A stretch of DNA of 64,000 nucleotides, from NCBI GenBank assembly GCA_001643675.2, contig LSRY02000009.1, forward strand, positions 310,001 to 374,000. The letters run 5' to 3'. Position 1 is the first letter of the stretch; each line of letters begins with the position of its first letter. This document shows positions 60,284-64,000 of this stretch, piece after piece. The notes under the pieces are model-generated. The model did not search any database. It saw nothing but the letters and a program-made list of their open reading frames with translations, and had not been told where the DNA came from. Source of the DNA: Monocercomonoides exilis PA203. Lineage: Eukaryota > Protista > Preaxostyla. Both the position numbers and the translations under genes were made by a program.

Positions 60284-62602
60284 TCAAACAGTTCTCAGTC
60301 TCTTTACAGTGTCAATAAATTGCCCAGGTAAATTGCTTTCTCTTTCTTCTGCTTCTTCCTCCTCATTCTGATTTGACCCATTTGTCGCACTCAGCAGTCG
60401 CTTTTGCGGTTCAATCTTCCCATCCGATCCAGATGAAGAGAGAGAAGAATTTGAAGAAGAAGAAGAAGATGATGATGATGATGATGATGATGTATGAGGT
60501 GAGCCAGCCATCCCTGTCTGTTCGTGAAGTGCTTCACAGTTCGATTCCTTGCTGCGTATTTGCGATGACCCCTCAGGTATTTGTGTAGCATTTGGATCAG
60601 ACGGCTGTGTGGCCGAAGGGAGCTGCGACTTCTCATGTTCTATGTTTCCTATTTGCGAGCTCTTTCTGTCCGAAGAGGGAGTTGACTGCCCTTCCTTCTC
60701 AGCCTCATTTGAGTCTTGGAAAGATGGCAAACCATCTTTTCCTTGTTTGTTCTCTTTCTCTTTCTCATTATCTTCATCTCCTCCTTCTCCTCCCTCTCCT
60801 TCCCCCTGTTCTCCTTCTCCTCCCCCCAGCATCACCTTCTTCTCCTGCTCTGCCGCCTCCACTCTGTCCTCGTGCGTCTCCTCCTCAAACACCACATCGT
60901 CCTTCCCTTCTCCTGCCACCACCCACGGGTGCTTCACACACTGCGCTGCAGACAGCCGCTTCGCCGGGTCAACCTGCAGCAGGCTCTTCACCAGATGGAT
61001 CGCAGCATCGCTCACACTGCCCCAGTACTGCTTGGGAAATGAATACTTCGCCTTCAGAATCTGAATGTGCAGGGCGGGGCCGCCTCTTTTTGTGATCTCC
61101 GAGGAAAAAGGAGGGTAGCCGCTGAGCATGATGAAGAGGATAACACCCAAAGACCACATGTCAATCGCCTTTGTGCAGTGCAGGCGGTTCACAAACATCT
61201 CCGGCGCAAGATATTCCAGTGTGCCGCACATTGTGGCATTGAACGTGCCTTCCCCGACAATGCGTGAGACGCCAAAGTCTGTGATTTTGATCGGAGAAGA
61301 CGGGTCGCTGTTGGCAAGGAGGATGTTTTCTGGCTTCAAATCGCGGTGGACAATGCCGTGGTGGTGCAGATACAGCACAGCCGACAGCATCTCTCTGAAA
61401 TATCTGCAGGCGACAGCCTCTGACAGCCGGCCTCGCGCAACGAGATCGAACAACTCGCCACCAGACACACTGGAGGATGAGGAGGAGGAGGAGGAAGAGA
61501 GAGAGAGAGAATGAGTAAGAAAGTTAATGAGTAAATGAGAGCGTTAGAGAGAAGGGAAGAGGGGAAGGAATGAGAAGATAAATTTGATGAAAATGATATG
61601 GATGGAATTTATTGGCAAAGAAAAATATTTAAAAGCAAACGAAAAGAATTTTTATAAAAATTGATCATACTATTCCATAATGATATAGTTCAGTGTTTCT
61701 CCTTCAAATCCATCATAAACCTTGACTATATTCGGGTGATCAACTTGTTTCACAATATTCAGCTCTTCAAGCATTTTTATCTGTCGCTTTGGATCAGATG
61801 AATGTATAATTTTCTTTCTATCTATTAATTTGACAGCCACTTTTTCGCCAGTTGCTTTCCTTACACCCAGACGCACAATTCCAAAATTTCCTGCTCCCAG
61901 AGATTGTTTCAATTCGTATTCTTGCTCAAATCTGATGTCTCCTGGATGCGTTAGCGCACATTTTGGCATTGAAAGAGCTCCGTTATAAAGAAAATAATAT
62001 TCGAGTGGAATTGCTATTAGTCAAAAAAAACGAAAATTTTTTTAAAAATGTTTCAGAAAAAACAAATTCAAACGTTCTTTCTTTTGTAACGATGGTGATA
62101 GCAAATCTATAACATCTCCCTCTCTTATAATGCATCTGTTACCCTTTCCAAGCTGAATCAGACGTTTGAAAAATGAACAACAAATCTCATAATTTCTTAA
62201 AAAATACAATTTTCAAACTTTCTTTTTGTTCAAGTATGTTCCATTTGTGCTGATTTCACAACAAAAATACACAGAAATTATCAAATATAATAACCAGAAA
62301 TTAATTTGATTAAATATGAAAAAGCCGAACCTCAGATCCTCCAAAAACGCTGTTTGATTGTTCAAAGAATCCAATGTTCTAAAAATTCTACAATGGCGAG
62401 AACTAATCCGCTGATCATCTACTGTAATTGTACACTCTTTATGGCGTCCAATGTACAATTCTGGTTGAACTATATCGTAGTTAAGAAGTTTTGGATTGCT
62501 CGTTCTAAGTGATCCCCAATGAAGAGGTTTTGTAACCTCAGTTTCGAGGTCATCTTCCATAGATTGTGTTGAGCTATGTTCCGTAGGGTCATATGAATCC
62601 AT
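60284..62602 (-). CDS. CHEK2: Checkpoint kinase 2-like (FHA + CAMK-group Ser/Thr kinase), 5 exons
   Basis: Exons 62602-62331, 62249-62219, 62152-62074, 62013-61671, 61469-60284, phase-compatible. N-terminal TQ; FHA motifs IGR, ISSRHC, EDLSTNGT; kinase motifs LGAGNFG, VAVK, HRDLKPEN, DFG, CGTLEYLAPE. Confidence 0.85.
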
Positions 62603-62734
62603 TGTCTTTTATTGCAGGGTTGTTTTCTGTTTAAAACAATATAATGGCTTAGATCTTTATAAAGTTTTGAACACAAATAATTAATAAAACAATATGATTA
62701 AAAGTGAAATGGAAAGAAAAGGAAAAAGTTTCTA

Positions 62735-63984
62735 TTAATTTGTTGCACGTGCTATTCCGTCAAAATAATACTCTGGTTGAGTAGGAGAATAAACAACGAC
62801 TGGCTTATGTTTCGACGTGAATGAAAGAGAATGTGAAGTGAAAACTGGATATGACAAAGGTAAGGGAGTAGAAACGCTGTATTTTAAGTCTGGTTGACGC
62901 TGTGTGGAACATGAAATGTTAAGCGCTTGCTTTGTTTTCCTTTTTTGTTTCTTAACAATTTGTTGTGGGCGATTCGATGATTTCTTTTTAGATGATGTTT
63001 GCATTCTCACTGGAAGCGTCTTAGGTCTTGTATAGTAATGTTTGAGTTTTTCTTTCAAAATTCTCTCTTCTTCCATAGCTGCTTCCAATTCTTTTGCATA
63101 TGGAATAAATCGTTCAGCGTTATCCTTATATGAATTTATACGGAAAATAAAAAATATGAGATCAAGAAAATATCAATTAGAACATATATACCCAAGCTGT
63201 TGGCCCTTTACTAGGTGGAGAAGTTGTATATTTTGCTGTGTAAAGTATTTGAGCATTTGTAATGGAACTTAAAAAATATGACATAAATAATAGAAAATTG
63301 AATAAATCTAATTAAAATCTTCACACTTCATTTTATGCTAAGATATATAAAACAACAATTAAAGAGTTAATAACGCAATATAAACTGTTGAAAGAAAAAA
63401 ATAATAAAGGGCAAAGAAAAAATTAAAACTGAACAAAGTTTAGATATTTATGTATTATCACTTAACACATATTTTGTTGGTTCGTCTTTCTTTTTCATAA
63501 TGCTTTCGATGGCTTTATCCTTGTTTCTATCATTTTGAAGATAATATTGTGTTGCAAGTGACAATGATGTATCTGTTTCTTTTTTAATCTCTCTAATTTT
63601 CAATTCATCTTTGATTGTAATTTTTAGGCATTCATTTCGAATTTGAGCAGGTTGTTTCGGAGCTTCTTTTTGCGAAGTGTTATGAATGGTCGAAATGGAA
63701 GTTAAAGTTTGTGGTTGGGATTGTGATTGGGATTGTGATTGAGTTTTATGCTGAGTTTGAGGTTGAGTTTGAGGTGTGGATTCAAAATCTTCCGATTGAT
63801 CGGAAGTTGGTGCAGTAGATGGCTTATCCGATGAAGAAGCCTCGTTGTCTCTTTGTGAATTGTTTGCAACCCATTCTTTCAAACTTTGTTTGGATGCTTT
63901 GAGGTTAAAAAACGCTTGTGCACATTTGATTGTAGAAAGCCCAGTTTTTTCTTTCATCCATCTTATCTTTGCTTCCTCTTCCAT
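62735..63984 (-). CDS. Intron-containing hypothetical protein with two UBA-like helical motifs
   Basis: KIRWMKEKTGLSTIKCAQAF and KIREIKKETDTSLSLATQYYLQNDRNKDKAIE resemble UBA-like three-helix bundles. Further coding-like segments at ~63195-63270 and 62735-63128 are separated by AT-rich introns; exon joins not fully verified. Confidence 0.55.
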
Positions 63985-64000
63985 CGTAAAAATGGATCTT

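Noticed and set aside
1-64000. rRNA, tRNA, CRISPR arrays, telomeric repeats
   Set aside because: None recognised by eye; a tRNAscan-SE/Infernal run would be needed to exclude small RNAs.

Overview
AT-rich eukaryotic DNA using the standard genetic code, with short GT-AG spliceosomal introns (donors GTTTG/GTGTG), many microsatellites and poly-Ser/poly-Glu insertions in proteins. The gene families and style suggest an oxymonad such as Monocercomonoides (inference from pattern recognition, not a search result). In order along the window: (1) a ~7.3-kb near-perfect palindrome (two ~3.6-kb arms, 91-bp spacer) carrying two identical divergent copies of an intronless gene with three tandem pyridoxamine-5'-phosphate-oxidase-like FMN split-barrel domains; (2) a ~2,050-aa charged low-complexity protein; (3) a ~4,030-aa receptor-like surface protein with 8 Cys-anchored beta-helix-like modules, one TM helix and a C-lobe-only pseudokinase; (4) a 1-kb TA-flanked foldback MITE beside a pogo-type DD35D transposase relic; (5) a 9-exon gene that appears to fuse a divergent Hsp110/Hsp70 to a C-terminal Hsp20 (alpha-crystallin) domain; (6) a head-to-head TM2-domain gene and RAB3GAP2-like gene; (7) three diverged copies of a composite 3-4-kb unit containing a lineage-specific helical protein gene; (8) a 2-TM hypothetical gene, a CHK2-like FHA kinase and a UBA-like protein. 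Several heavily decayed retroelement-like (RT, RNase H, tyrosine recombinase) relics are scattered between genes. The best candidates for something new are the Hsp110-Hsp20 fusion and the palindromic duplication of the triple split-barrel gene.
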